Source: an uncultured Acidobacteriota bacterium (lineage in GTDB: Bacteria; Acidobacteriota; Thermoanaerobaculia; Gp7-AA8). Taken from it: a DNA stretch of 64,000 nucleotides. Under the pieces are notes generated by a model. The model was not told the DNA's origin, did not search any database, and worked only from the letters and a program-made list of their open reading frames with translations. Position numbers and translations under genes: made by a program. The stretch lies in NCBI GenBank assembly GCA_963741955.1, contig CAVUKB010000005.1:1088001-1152000 (forward strand). The letters run 5' to 3'. Below are positions 20,487 to 30,517 of the stretch, piece by piece (positions within the stretch are counted from its first letter, which is position 1; each line of letters begins with the position of its first letter).

Positions 20487-22010
20487 CTAGCTCGTTACGG
20501 GGCGAAAAAGACCCAATCCGAACGTGCTCGAGTGGCCCAGGCGGATCGGTCCGATTACCTGAGAGGGGAATATCAGCCGAACGAACTGCCCACGCCGGTC
20601 ACCGATGAACCCCTTCCTTCCTCCTTCCCGACGGGGAACGTGAACCGCTACCCACAGAGGATCGTCAACCCTCTCGACCACCACGTCGTCCGCGGCTGCG
20701 ACACCGCGCAGGCGCAGCTCGCGTCGAACTTGAGCCGCGATCGACTCGCTCTCGCGCTCTTTACCGCCGCGAAGATGGTGGCGGGGTGGGACATAGGGAG
20801 TGACGGACTCCCAGATCCGAGAGCCGATGCCATCGAACCCTGGCGGCGGCGGGACGGCGCGATCGAGGGGAATCAGCCTGACCTTCCACGCATCATTATC
20901 CGGGCCTGCGACGGCCCAGGAGAGATCGCGTGCCGCTGCGCAAAGCATCGCTTCTTGCTCCGGTTCATCGAATGCCCGGCGATCACGCCACGCGAGCAAC
21001 CGCGTCGGCTGCCCGTCCTCCAACCATACGAAATACTCGACATGGCGGTGCCCCTCGAGCGGGGCGCCGTCGGCGTCCTTGCCAGTCATCTCCGCGATAC
21101 CTTCTCGGATGCTGCGATCGGCACGACTCCAGGCCGGGTTCGGGACTCCGGTCTTCAGCCTGAGAAGCTCTCGAACCACAGCGCCTCGGAACCGCGAGGT
21201 GAGCCGCACGATCGCGCGCGGATCCGGCGCGACGTTCCACCCAATTGCGAACTGGATCAGGTGACAATCGGGCCGATGCACTGGTACGCGTCTGCGTTCG
21301 TGCGAGGCAGAGCGCGGTGGTCGAACCGCGTAGAGCCATTGCGCGCCGGGAGGGACGGCTCGCTTCACGGCTTCAGGATTGTCGGTCGTCCGCTCGATGT
21401 CGTCGCGCGTGGCTTCCTCGAGCGGCGACAGCACGGGGACGGCACCTGCCGTGCGCTTGTCGACTAGCGTGCAGTTAGGTGTTGGGGTGTCGTCTGGCGA
21501 ACCGACGACGCAAATGCGCGTGAGTGTCTCGGCGCGCCCGAACCAGGTCATGCGCTCGAGGCACTGTGCGAGCAGTGCGCGGAGCTCCTCGGTCCAGTCA
21601 TCACCTTCGAGGAACCACCACACGGGCGACTCGGGAGGGACGCACCAGTAGTTGTCCTGCACGAGGCTCGTGCCGTAGGTGCGCGCTCCCGCCTTCTTCT
21701 TCTCCGCCGGTCGCCAACCGAACTCGGTCGGATGGTACTGCCTCAGCGGGCTTCCCTTGCGCGCATCCGGTGGGAGATGGAACGCATACGTGCTCCTGCA
21801 CAGCGCGGCCTGCAGTTGTTCGAGGTTCGCGAGGTCCGGCTGTTCCTCCATCTCACGCGCCCACTGGTACCAGCGCGCGGTGACTGCGCGAACCAGGCGC
21901 CATGGGCTCGGCGGCCACTCGCCGTGCGGGTCATCAAACGGATTCACGCGCCACGGCGTGGCGTGGTAACGCCCCAGCGGGAACTCTTGTCGGAGGACGA
22001 TTTGCATCAC
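20487..22010 (-). CDS. csb2: Type I-G Csb2 (Cas5/Cas6 fusion)
   Basis: GRYHATPW...EWPPSPWRLVRA, WFGRAET, WESVTPY, and C-terminal G-loop GPIRLGHSSTFGLGLF. Confidence 0.92.
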   Translation of the reverse strand: MMQIVLRQEFPLGRYHATPWRVNPFDDPHGEWPPSPWRLVRAVTARWYQWAREMEEQPDLANLEQLQAALCRSTYAFHLPPDARKGSPLRQYHPTEFGWRPAEKKKAGARTYGTSLVQDNYWCVPPESPVWWFLEGDDWTEELRALLAQCLERMTWFGRAETLTRICVVGSPDDTPTPNCTLVDKRTAGAVPVLSPLEEATRDDIERTTDNPEAVKRAVPPGAQWLYAVRPPRSASHERRRVPVHRPDCHLIQFAIGWNVAPDPRAIVRLTSRFRGAVVRELLRLKTGVPNPAWSRADRSIREGIAEMTGKDADGAPLEGHRHVEYFVWLEDGQPTRLLAWRDRRAFDEPEQEAMLCAAARDLSWAVAGPDNDAWKVRLIPLDRAVPPPPGFDGIGSRIWESVTPYVPPRHHLRGGKERESESIAAQVRRELRLRGVAAADDVVVERVDDPLWVAVHVPRREGGRKGFIGDRRGQFVRLIFPSQVIGPIRLGHSSTFGLGLFRPVTS

Positions 22011-23110
22011 GCGCTCTCTTCCGGGCCCTCGTCATCTTCAGGGCTGCTGGTGCTGTCGGCCTGACCTTCACGATACAGCTCTTCACGCGGCCAGAACACG
22101 TCGGTAATGGACTCCTTGCTGAAGCCGGCGTTGGCGATTGCTGTCCGGATGTCGACTTCGATCCCGACTTCCTTGCCACCGCTCTGAATCGTCGTGCAGA
22201 GGAGGTAGCAGCCGGACCTGTAGCGGAACGGCGACTCGAGGAGCCTTCGGATCTTCCACAGCGCGATAGCGACGAGCAACTCCTGTTGCTTGTCCGAGAG
22301 ACCCAACGTGGAGCCGCCCGTCTTTCGCCCAAAGGACCGGATCAGACTGACGTCCAGGACGAAAGTGGCCCGAATCGATTCAGCGGTGGCGTCATCGACC
22401 GCGAAGATCGGCTGGCCGGATGTCGTCTTTCCGAGCCGGTCGAACTTCACGCCGGAGCGATCGACGCGCCCCGCGCCGAACGCCTCGAGGTGCGCCGTCA
22501 GCGCGCGCGGGATCTTGATCTGCCACTGTGGGAACAACACCCCATGAACGAGCGAGTTAGGGTCGGCTTCAAAGATCGTCTTGAAAACATCCCACCACTT
22601 TGCAGGCGGCGGATGGGCCTTCGAGCTTCCGGGCAGGACGATGCCGAACCTGGTGACGAGGTCGTCCTCGAACGTGTCGTCACCCTTCGCTCCGCCGTTC
22701 CTCAAAGGCACGCCGTCGAGGAAGTACGAGGACGCGATGCGGTGGCCTTCGGTGAGGCTCGTAACGACGACCTCGCGCTCGTTCGTGGGTTCCTTACCTT
22801 CCGTCGTGTTCGTGACGCACCGGAGGTACGGCAGACCATCGAGATCCTCGACGAGGTCGAGGTCGTGCGCGCTACGCTGGCAGACCGACTCGAGATGGTT
22901 CGCCATGCTCGCGGCGCTGTCGACGATGCAGACGTTCTCGGTGCCGCCGTCCTTGCGCGGAGCCTTGTAAATCACATGACCGATCTCCGGGAACCCCGCA
23001 GGCTGGAATCGGTCACCAACGATCGGCTCGAGCGTCGCCGTCAGGACGAGCGGCGACGCCCCCTTCAATACCTCGGCCGGGGTAAGTTTCTTCTTCTCTG
23101 CTTCAGACAT
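22007..23110 (-). CDS. csb1: Type I-G Csb1 (Cas7u backbone)
   Basis: DRFQPAGFP, VDSAASMANHLE, EGHRIAS, DPNSLVHGV, SGVKFD. Start taken at MSEAEKK. Confidence 0.88.
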   Translation of the reverse strand: MSEAEKKKLTPAEVLKGASPLVLTATLEPIVGDRFQPAGFPEIGHVIYKAPRKDGGTENVCIVDSAASMANHLESVCQRSAHDLDLVEDLDGLPYLRCVTNTTEGKEPTNEREVVVTSLTEGHRIASSYFLDGVPLRNGGAKGDDTFEDDLVTRFGIVLPGSSKAHPPPAKWWDVFKTIFEADPNSLVHGVLFPQWQIKIPRALTAHLEAFGAGRVDRSGVKFDRLGKTTSGQPIFAVDDATAESIRATFVLDVSLIRSFGRKTGGSTLGLSDKQQELLVAIALWKIRRLLESPFRYRSGCYLLCTTIQSGGKEVGIEVDIRTAIANAGFSKESITDVFWPREELYREGQADSTSSPEDDEGPEESA

Positions 23111-25340
23111 TTGCTTCGCCTCCTTGTCGCCGGCGTCGAGGACGAAGCCAGCGCTCGAACAGGACCGTCCGATCGCGGTCCGGAATGCTGAACAACAGGG
23201 CCGCGGCGAGGCGGTCCGGATCATGTGCGTTCCAGGGGACATCGAATGACGCGACGCGCGCGCCGGCCATCGCGTAGCGGCTGCTCGCGAGCCGTGTCGC
23301 CGCGTCGAGGTTGCCGGATCGGATCAGCGTGACGAGCGAGCGCGCCGCTTCCGTGGTGCGTGCGCCGGTCGCCTCCGTAAGAAGATCGCTCGGCGAGAGG
23401 TCGCGGACGACCAGGGGACGCTGGTCGACGAGGGGCTGCATCAGCCCGAGGAGGACCAGTTCACCTTCCGCTCGCGGAGCCTGGACCTTCCCATGGATTA
23501 AACCGCGGGCCTCCTGCGGGATCCTTCTCCAGTCGAAGAGCGCGAGCCGCGAGAGCCATGCTGAAAACAGCGACTCGTCGACGTCGGCGGCGAGCCACTG
23601 ATGCACGTGCGCCGTCGTAGCGGGTAGAGGTGAGCGGCCGGAAGGGAGTTTCGTTTGCGTGGCGTCCAGCCTGGCTTCTTCGAGAAGTCTTCGCGAGAGC
23701 ACTGAACCCATGACACGAGCAAGCTTACCCGGCCCCCATACCCATCGCGCCGGAGCGATCTTCGCGTGTTCGAACCATCCTGGCTTGGTGGTCCAGTCGT
23801 ACTCGTACTTCCCGTTCCTCTCCCTGGCCCACTCCACACCAAAGCGAAACGCCGCAAATGGAAGCGCAGCAGGAAAGGCCGACACGAGTGACAACGCGAG
23901 CCGCGCCTCGGCTCCGGCTTGCTCGTCCGCAAACAGCGATGGCAGCCATTCGAGTGGCAGCGGCTCCCATCGAACCTTGCCCTCGCGGAAGCTGCGATTG
24001 CGGTCGATGCGATTCAGTGCAGCGGTGATCGCGTCGAGCATCTCGATGGCCGCCTCGGAGCGGCCGGGATCTGCCGCGACGTCGAGGAGGGCCGCTTCGA
24101 TGGGACCACGGAGTCCCACGAAGCGCTTGCCATCGCGGGGAAAGCCGCGCTGTTCGATTAGTGCGGTGACGCGTTCGAGCGTGAGAGAGGTGGAGACACT
24201 ACTCCCACCGGCACCAGCATCGAGAGCGAAGCGAGCTTCCAGGCGCGGTTCGAACGTGTTGACGCTGGTAGTCCTGCCGAGCGTGAAGCGGCGAAACTCG
24301 CTGACGCCCGCATCTACGCCACGCTTTCGAATCGCCGTCGCGAATTCGGCGGGCGTGAGTGATCCACGTCCATGCAGTTCGGCTCGGCCGCGCAAAAACA
24401 GCGCGCTCGCTTCAGCGAGCGTCATCGGTCGGGACCACAACGGGGTCCAGATCTCGCCACGGAGACGATCGGCCTCCTTTTCAGCGCTCGCAGCGATGGG
24501 CTGGGTCACGAAGGGGAACGCACCGACGGCACGCGTGCGAGCACCGAGGCGTCGCGATGCACCGCCTGCGAGAAACGCCAATCCCTCGCAGGCGAGCACC
24601 ATCGCCCAGGGAGAGATCAGCCCCTCGCGCGCAGGGGACTGGCCGCTGTTGTAGAGCTTCGTCGCTTCGCTGAACCAGGAACCGGCGACGAGCCCGTCGA
24701 CGAGCCAAGAGACCGTACGGCTTACGAGCAGAGCCTCGAGCTCACTACGATTTCTCTGCAATCTGGCTGGGGCTTCCCGTTCGTACGTGCCGAGGGCTTT
24801 CTTCTCACGTTTCTCGCGTGCGGCTTTCTGCTTGTCGGTTTCGTCCTTCTTTGGCTCCCTGGCCCCGGGAGCCGCTGGAGAGAGCGCTTCGATCGCCTTT
24901 GCCCACCCATTCGAGAATGCGCGCTTCCCCGCGTTTCCTCCGCTGCCGAAAAGGGGATTGAAGCTCACGCGCGCATGTGGCACCGCGTGCGCGGCGAAAA
25001 CCTCGAGTTCCCGCTCCTCAGCAGAGGCTTGCCAGAGAGCGAGCGGCAGTCCTGACTTCGCCTTCGTTCCCCGCTTCTGCTTCTCATTCCAGCGTCGATC
25101 GTACGTGGTCCATGCGCGTTCGCTGGCAACACGCACGAGCTCGTCGAGCAGTGCATCCAGCGTCGGCGGCCCACCGACTACGTGCAGCACGTCGTCGCGC
25201 CACGCAATGCGCGTGCTCGGCCACTTCCGGCTGAGCACACGAAGGAGGCCGAGGGACGCGAGGTAGTTGCCGAGGCTGTCGGGCGAGAGGCCGGGCAGCG
25301 GGAGAGCTGTAAGGCGAGGTTCTCGTCGGAGCGCGGTCAT
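23103..25340 (-). CDS. csx17: Type I-G large subunit Csx17 (Cas8g)
   Basis: LGNYLASLGLLRVL, NPLFGSGGN, PWAMVLACEG, FPF, RGEIWTPLW, RGVDAGVSEFRRF. Confidence 0.88.
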   Translation of the reverse strand: MTALRREPRLTALPLPGLSPDSLGNYLASLGLLRVLSRKWPSTRIAWRDDVLHVVGGPPTLDALLDELVRVASERAWTTYDRRWNEKQKRGTKAKSGLPLALWQASAEERELEVFAAHAVPHARVSFNPLFGSGGNAGKRAFSNGWAKAIEALSPAAPGAREPKKDETDKQKAAREKREKKALGTYEREAPARLQRNRSELEALLVSRTVSWLVDGLVAGSWFSEATKLYNSGQSPAREGLISPWAMVLACEGLAFLAGGASRRLGARTRAVGAFPFVTQPIAASAEKEADRLRGEIWTPLWSRPMTLAEASALFLRGRAELHGRGSLTPAEFATAIRKRGVDAGVSEFRRFTLGRTTSVNTFEPRLEARFALDAGAGGSSVSTSLTLERVTALIEQRGFPRDGKRFVGLRGPIEAALLDVAADPGRSEAAIEMLDAITAALNRIDRNRSFREGKVRWEPLPLEWLPSLFADEQAGAEARLALSLVSAFPAALPFAAFRFGVEWARERNGKYEYDWTTKPGWFEHAKIAPARWVWGPGKLARVMGSVLSRRLLEEARLDATQTKLPSGRSPLPATTAHVHQWLAADVDESLFSAWLSRLALFDWRRIPQEARGLIHGKVQAPRAEGELVLLGLMQPLVDQRPLVVRDLSPSDLLTEATGARTTEAARSLVTLIRSGNLDAATRLASSRYAMAGARVASFDVPWNAHDPDRLAAALLFSIPDRDRTVLFERWLRPRRRRQGGEANV

Positions 25341-26224
25341 GGCGCGAGCCTCCAGAAGCCGTCAGGCTCAATCGACCACCGGAGCGGGCTGTTCGAGGAC
25401 GAGCCGGGCTGCCAGAAGCACGAGGCTTGGTCAAGTCTGCGAATCGAGCCCCGATCCCAGCCAGCGAGTAACTCCAAGGCACCGCTCAGCGACGCTCCAG
25501 GATAGGCGTGGGCCCACGCCGTGGACGCTTCCAGTTGAGGCAGATCGGCATCGAGCGTTACCGCCCCACCGAACGCTCCCCCTTCCTTCACGAGGTCGAA
25601 TGCGATGCGGCGTAGACGGCCCAAGCCATAGCGGGTGTCACCGCCAACGAACAGTGTGTCGCTCCCGTCGAAGCGACGCCGGTCCGCCGGGTACCTATCC
25701 TCGGCGTTCACCCTCCGCATGAACACGTAGCCGAGCATCGCTACGGGCCCCGCGTCACGGCCTCGCACGTCTCGCCACCGCGCTTCGATGCACTCGGTCT
25801 CTCGGAGCGAGCCATCGTCAGCTGCGTCGGTGCTTGCGTCAATTGACGTACCTGCTCTGGTCGAGAGGAGGCGGCGACGGAAGTTTCGATCGCCCACTGG
25901 CTGCCGGGCCTGATCCTCGCGTGCCCACGCGAGCCCCTCCCCGGTGAGGAACATCGGCAGCCACACTTGCCAGCCCGCTTGCAGCTTCTCCGCCGGGAAC
26001 AAGTAGGTGAAGCGATAGTCCGTCTGCAAGTTCTCGCCGACGGTCTGGTACTGCGGCTCCTTCCCGTTCCGTGCTTCCCGTCGCGACAGCTCGGCCGTCA
26101 ACGCGCCCCACAGCGCGCGGGCGGGCACGTAGAGCCGCGTGCGATTGAGCGAGCCCGCAGGCGGCATACCGACATGCAAGGGGCCGTCGAGCTGCCAGAT
26201 CCAGCGAAAGAGTGACCAGCTCAC
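25337..26224 (-). CDS. cmr3: Cas5-group RAMP, Cmr3-like (type III-C)
   Basis: PLHVG...RTRLYVPARALWGALT, GSLRETE, VGGDTRYGLG; last gene of the cmr module. Confidence 0.75.
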   Translation of the reverse strand: MSWSLFRWIWQLDGPLHVGMPPAGSLNRTRLYVPARALWGALTAELSRREARNGKEPQYQTVGENLQTDYRFTYLFPAEKLQAGWQVWLPMFLTGEGLAWAREDQARQPVGDRNFRRRLLSTRAGTSIDASTDAADDGSLRETECIEARWRDVRGRDAGPVAMLGYVFMRRVNAEDRYPADRRRFDGSDTLFVGGDTRYGLGRLRRIAFDLVKEGGAFGGAVTLDADLPQLEASTAWAHAYPGASLSGALELLAGWDRGSIRRLDQASCFWQPGSSSNSPLRWSIEPDGFWRLAP

Positions 26225-26610
26225 GTCGTCCTCGCTCCACCACCCTGCGCAGCCTTGGCGTGATAGCGAGCGTAGACCAGCGCGCGGTGCAGGAGGTCCC
26301 GCGCGAAGAGCAGCTTGTCGAGGTCACCTGCGAGCTGCTGGAGCGCCGCGAACAGGTCGTTGTTCGTGGTCGCACCGAGCAGTGCGTTCCGCTGGTTCGG
26401 CTGCTGGCGAAGGAAAGTCGCGAGCTCTTTGCTCGTCGTTTGGCCCCACTGCTTCTCACGCGCATGGAGGTAAAGGAACAGCGCGTAGACGCCCTGCTCT
26501 TCGAGTACGCCGAGGGACTTGGTGATGCTGTTCTCGGTGTCCTTGTTGCCCGACGATGCTAGGTTGGCACCAAGCTTCGCGCAAGCGGCGTCGAGGTTCT
26601 GCACGGTCAC
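26221..26610 (-). CDS. cmr5: Type III small subunit, Cmr5/Cas11-like
   Basis: 129 aa, all-helical; KSLGVLEEQGVYALFLYL...LVYARYHAKA; position after cmr4. Confidence 0.8.
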   Translation of the reverse strand: MTVQNLDAACAKLGANLASSGNKDTENSITKSLGVLEEQGVYALFLYLHAREKQWGQTTSKELATFLRQQPNQRNALLGATTNNDLFAALQQLAGDLDKLLFARDLLHRALVYARYHAKAAQGGGARTT

Positions 26611-27563
26611 TGCGCACCTCCAACCGCGAGGACTTCGAGGCGGCCCATGCCGCGCGTGCCCATGCCGCCGATGCCAAGCGCTGCGAGCAGCGGGTACGCC
26701 TTGGCGACGACATCATGGACCTGCTGCGCGTTCGTCACCGTCGGTGCGTTGCGGCCCTCCTTGAAGTGGCGTGGATCGCGGCAGGTTACGTCCCACGTGA
26801 GTACCGCCCCGCGCGGAATCGCCTCGTACGTGAAGAGAGCGCGGTCCTCCGCAGCGCCCGTCGCCGGGTTGATGGCCACCGAGGTGCGTACCTCAAGGTT
26901 GCTGTTGACGACGTGGCCAAAGAGCTTGTCGGAGACGAGCACGAGCCGCTCGACGACACGCAGGTCCTTGTACAGGTCCTCGCGCACGCCGAAGGCCTTG
27001 ACCGCGTCCTTCACGGCTTGCAGCCCCGACCACGACTCCGCTTCGAGCTGCAGCCACCCGAGGTTGATGGGCCCCTTCTTGCCGCCACGCTGGGCCTTGT
27101 TCTGGCTCACGTCGTCGACGGTCGCGCTCGCACCCACGAAGCGCAGCGCGCTCGGCGAGGTCACCCACAGCGGGCCCTCGCGCGACGCGACTGGAAAGAG
27201 CACCACCTGCGCATCGCTGAACGCGGCGAGACCCGCGAACTTCTTGTGGCCGAAGACAGCGTTGATCGGCCCCGCACCGTCGTTGTTCGCCGAGCCCTGG
27301 CCCGCGTCGTCGGGGTAGTACTGTCGCGTATCGTTCGGCGTACGAGCGTCCTCGAGCGCCATCGCCACGTAAGCGCGGTGGACACCCGCGAGGCTCGAAC
27401 CAGGAATCTTCGGGATGCGCGTGACGGGATCGCGCACGATGGTGTTGTCGACGCGCCCGAGCCGCGCGCCTCCCGTCCCGATGTGAATCGGGTCGATCGC
27501 GATCCCAACGGTGCGAAATACTTGAAAACTGCACTGCTTCGTCTGCTGTTGGCTATTGCTCAT
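26607..27563 (-). CDS. cmr4: Cmr4 (Cas7-group target RNase)
   Basis: DPIHIGTGG...RVDNTIVRDP...PKIPGSS, FSDAQVVLFPVAS, RTSVAINP...ALFTYEAIP, IGGMGTRGMG. Confidence 0.9.
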   Translation of the reverse strand: MSNSQQQTKQCSFQVFRTVGIAIDPIHIGTGGARLGRVDNTIVRDPVTRIPKIPGSSLAGVHRAYVAMALEDARTPNDTRQYYPDDAGQGSANNDGAGPINAVFGHKKFAGLAAFSDAQVVLFPVASREGPLWVTSPSALRFVGASATVDDVSQNKAQRGGKKGPINLGWLQLEAESWSGLQAVKDAVKAFGVREDLYKDLRVVERLVLVSDKLFGHVVNSNLEVRTSVAINPATGAAEDRALFTYEAIPRGAVLTWDVTCRDPRHFKEGRNAPTVTNAQQVHDVVAKAYPLLAALGIGGMGTRGMGRLEVLAVGGAQ

Positions 27564-30517
27564 GGGGTCACTCCGATCGTCTGCTTGAGTACGTGCAGGT
27601 GCCAGCTCAAGACACGCTCGAGCAGGCCATCACGGGCTGCTTGTTCAAGGTCCTGTAGCTCCCGACCTCTGGCGTTCCACTCGTTGGCGAGCACTGCGTG
27701 CACCCAGTCGTTCCACGCTGCCTCGTCCAACGCGCCGTCGGAATCGGTCCAGCGCTCGCGCGCTTCGCGCAGTGACTGCTCGACCGCGCGGGCTGCCGTG
27801 GGGCTCGGCACGATCCTGCGAACCTGCTCCCAGATCGTACGGCGTCGGTCCCATTCGGACAGCGGATGCACCTGCACCGGCTCGAAGCGGCGAGCGGTCG
27901 AGTCGAGGAACAGCGACGCGAAGCGCGAAGGCTCGACGCAGACCTCGTCACCGAGCTTGAGGTCCGCGGCACGTCGATACACGACGGTAGTGCCATCGGG
28001 CCGAGGCGCGGTGAAGTCGCGTGGCTCGCGCTCCGCGCCGCCGACGGCGAGGTTCGGGTAGTAGACATCGTCCCGACCGTCCGCGAGTTGCGCAGGCACT
28101 TCAACGTCTTCGTGTCTCTGGCCGGGGCGTTCGAACGATAGCGTGGTGGTTCCTGATTGCGTCACGGCGTGCGCGACGCGCCATTGCTCGACACCGCGTG
28201 CTCCCATGTCGTCCTCCACGTTGCGCGTGGCCTCGATGACCGCCTGAAACGGCGTCTTGCGTGGGAAGCCGACCACGCCGATGCTCAGCGGAAGGCGGTC
28301 CCACACGCGCGCCATCTCCTTGCGCCACTTCGTGATGACGTGCCCCACGCACACCGCCTCGGCTCCGAGAGGAACGAGCACCCGGAAGCGCTCGGGGTTC
28401 TCTTCGAGCACGATGAGCGGACGATACGAGGCCAACACGCGCTCAGCGGTGGTGACACTCTCGATGGCGAAGCGCCGCCGCTGCCCATCGTCGCCTCGCG
28501 CCTCGAACTGCATCCCCGTAAGAATCGTCGCGTCTCCGTCCGGACCAAGCACGCGCGCGAGGTTGCAAACCGTCACGAAGTCGCTCGAGCGGCGCAGGAT
28601 CTCGAACGGCGCGTTCGGGGCAGTCGGCAAGGGTCCGGCGTAGACCTCGCCGACCCGCAGACCATTCGTGTCGCCCGAGAGCGTAAGGCTCAGCCGCTGG
28701 GTGCGAGTGCCGCCGTCGCCCGAGACGAGCTGGCGGAACTCATCGAGCGCTTCGGCAAAGAACGCACGCGTCGTGCGCCAGAAGCGATGCACGCGCCCCG
28801 GCGAGGCGTTCTTGCGAAAAAGCTGGTGCGTCAGCCAGGCGGCACGGGTCGTGTCGTCGAGCGAGGACCACGCGGGAGCGCCTGCGCGATCTTCGACGAC
28901 CTTCTGAAAGAAGTCCTCCAGCGCGGTCTCGTGGGCGAAGCCGTCGTTCAGAGTCTCCAGGACTGCATCCGACAGCCTGCCTTTATTCAACATCGGCGAT
29001 TTGACGAAGCCTTCGACGTGGGTGCGGAGCGAGTCGCGCGGCGCGTTCGCGTCGATGGCCGTAAGCGAAGTGTTGTTCGCCCGCCACTCGACCACGCTCT
29101 GCGCCCGCAGCGAGTCGACGTGCGTGCCATCGAGCCAGCCTTCAAGGCCTAAGCTAAACGTCAGCAGGGCGACGCGGTCGTTCGCGTCGGCGACCTCGCT
29201 GATCCAGATGGTGTCGCCGCCGTTCTTCTCCCACGCCGCGCGCCGTCCCGTGCGCCGCTCATAGCAGCTCTTCGAGACGTCCTGCTTCCGGTCGCTCTCG
29301 TTGTTCGACTGCGCGCCCGCGCGAACCAAGGACACCGGGCAGACGTGCTTGCCCGTACCGCCGTCGCTCGCGATCGACCACGCCCGGTGAACCGGTACTT
29401 CGAGCACGCGGCGCGCCTCGGCCAGCTCGCGCGACATCGCGACAAAAGAGCGCGTCGATGACGAGAGCCGTACCAGCGGCGGCGTCTCGAAGGCGTGCGA
29501 TCGCGCGAGTTCGTCGACGCGCATCTCGATGCCGGTGCGCAACGTCTCGGCCAGCGTGTCGTCCACACTGTGTTTGCCATCGAGGCGATGACCGGGAAAC
29601 GTAAACGAGATCGCACGCTCGTCGCGATAGACGCAGGCACCGAGGGCGAGGTCGACCTCGATGAACGCGCAGACCTCATGGAAGAACGCAGCGATCGCGT
29701 CGCGCGTGCCTGTCCAGTCTCCGATGCGCACGGCGCGGGACTCGTAGTGCTCCGCGCCGAGGCCCACCGTGAGCACGCGCCAGCGCGTGTTGGCCTTGCT
29801 ACCGTTGCCCGTTTCAAACGAGGTGCCCAAGAGCACAGCGCCCGCCGCTGCAGCCTTGAATAGGGCGGATGCAATGAAGGACTGGTCCCACAGCGTGACG
29901 TCGTTATTGGGGACGCGCGTCTCGGCGAGCGTGCTCGCAAACGCCTCGCGCAGCCAGCCCGACGGGCCGATTGCAGCGTCACGCCACGTGCACCATTCGG
30001 CGAGGTGCGTCGGGTCCTTCACCCGCGCAGCGAGACCGTCGATGAGCGCACCGATCTGCGTCTCCGTGTTCGACCAAGCATTCTTGGCAAGGATCGCAGG
30101 CGGGGTGGAGCCCAGAAGGTTCCGGACCGGGCGACCGAACGCGGTCGCGAGCCACGTCTGCCCCGTCGGCTGCTTCTGGTAGTCGGCGGGCGTGTTCTTC
30201 TCGATGCCCGAGGCCATCGTATGCGCAGCCTGCAGGAGGCCGAGCACGCCATCACTACGCTGTCGGTGCTTTTCGAAGAGGTCGTTGGGCGAGATGGTCT
30301 GCGTTCCGAACGACGGCAGCGTCCCGAACTTGCTGTACAGGTTCGACGCCCACGTCAGCTCGTTCCACGTCGTGCCACCCGAGGTCGCGTTGGACGCCTG
30401 CTGCCGAACGAAGTCGGGGTGCGCCTTGCCCGCCATGTGCAGCCAGCCGATGGCCTCGCACGCGAGGAGCGCAGCGCGCTGGTCACGCAGGGGCTGGAGC
30501 GGATCGTTCGCGCTCAT
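27560..30517 (-). CDS. cas10: Cas10 of subtype III-C (Csx11 family)
   Basis: 985 aa; EAIGWLHMAGK, ETRVPNNDVTLWD, TIWISEVAD, KNASPGRVHRFW. Position between cmr6 and cmr4. Confidence 0.85.
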   Translation of the reverse strand: MSANDPLQPLRDQRAALLACEAIGWLHMAGKAHPDFVRQQASNATSGGTTWNELTWASNLYSKFGTLPSFGTQTISPNDLFEKHRQRSDGVLGLLQAAHTMASGIEKNTPADYQKQPTGQTWLATAFGRPVRNLLGSTPPAILAKNAWSNTETQIGALIDGLAARVKDPTHLAEWCTWRDAAIGPSGWLREAFASTLAETRVPNNDVTLWDQSFIASALFKAAAAGAVLLGTSFETGNGSKANTRWRVLTVGLGAEHYESRAVRIGDWTGTRDAIAAFFHEVCAFIEVDLALGACVYRDERAISFTFPGHRLDGKHSVDDTLAETLRTGIEMRVDELARSHAFETPPLVRLSSSTRSFVAMSRELAEARRVLEVPVHRAWSIASDGGTGKHVCPVSLVRAGAQSNNESDRKQDVSKSCYERRTGRRAAWEKNGGDTIWISEVADANDRVALLTFSLGLEGWLDGTHVDSLRAQSVVEWRANNTSLTAIDANAPRDSLRTHVEGFVKSPMLNKGRLSDAVLETLNDGFAHETALEDFFQKVVEDRAGAPAWSSLDDTTRAAWLTHQLFRKNASPGRVHRFWRTTRAFFAEALDEFRQLVSGDGGTRTQRLSLTLSGDTNGLRVGEVYAGPLPTAPNAPFEILRRSSDFVTVCNLARVLGPDGDATILTGMQFEARGDDGQRRRFAIESVTTAERVLASYRPLIVLEENPERFRVLVPLGAEAVCVGHVITKWRKEMARVWDRLPLSIGVVGFPRKTPFQAVIEATRNVEDDMGARGVEQWRVAHAVTQSGTTTLSFERPGQRHEDVEVPAQLADGRDDVYYPNLAVGGAEREPRDFTAPRPDGTTVVYRRAADLKLGDEVCVEPSRFASLFLDSTARRFEPVQVHPLSEWDRRRTIWEQVRRIVPSPTAARAVEQSLREARERWTDSDGALDEAAWNDWVHAVLANEWNARGRELQDLEQAARDGLLERVLSWHLHVLKQTIGVTP

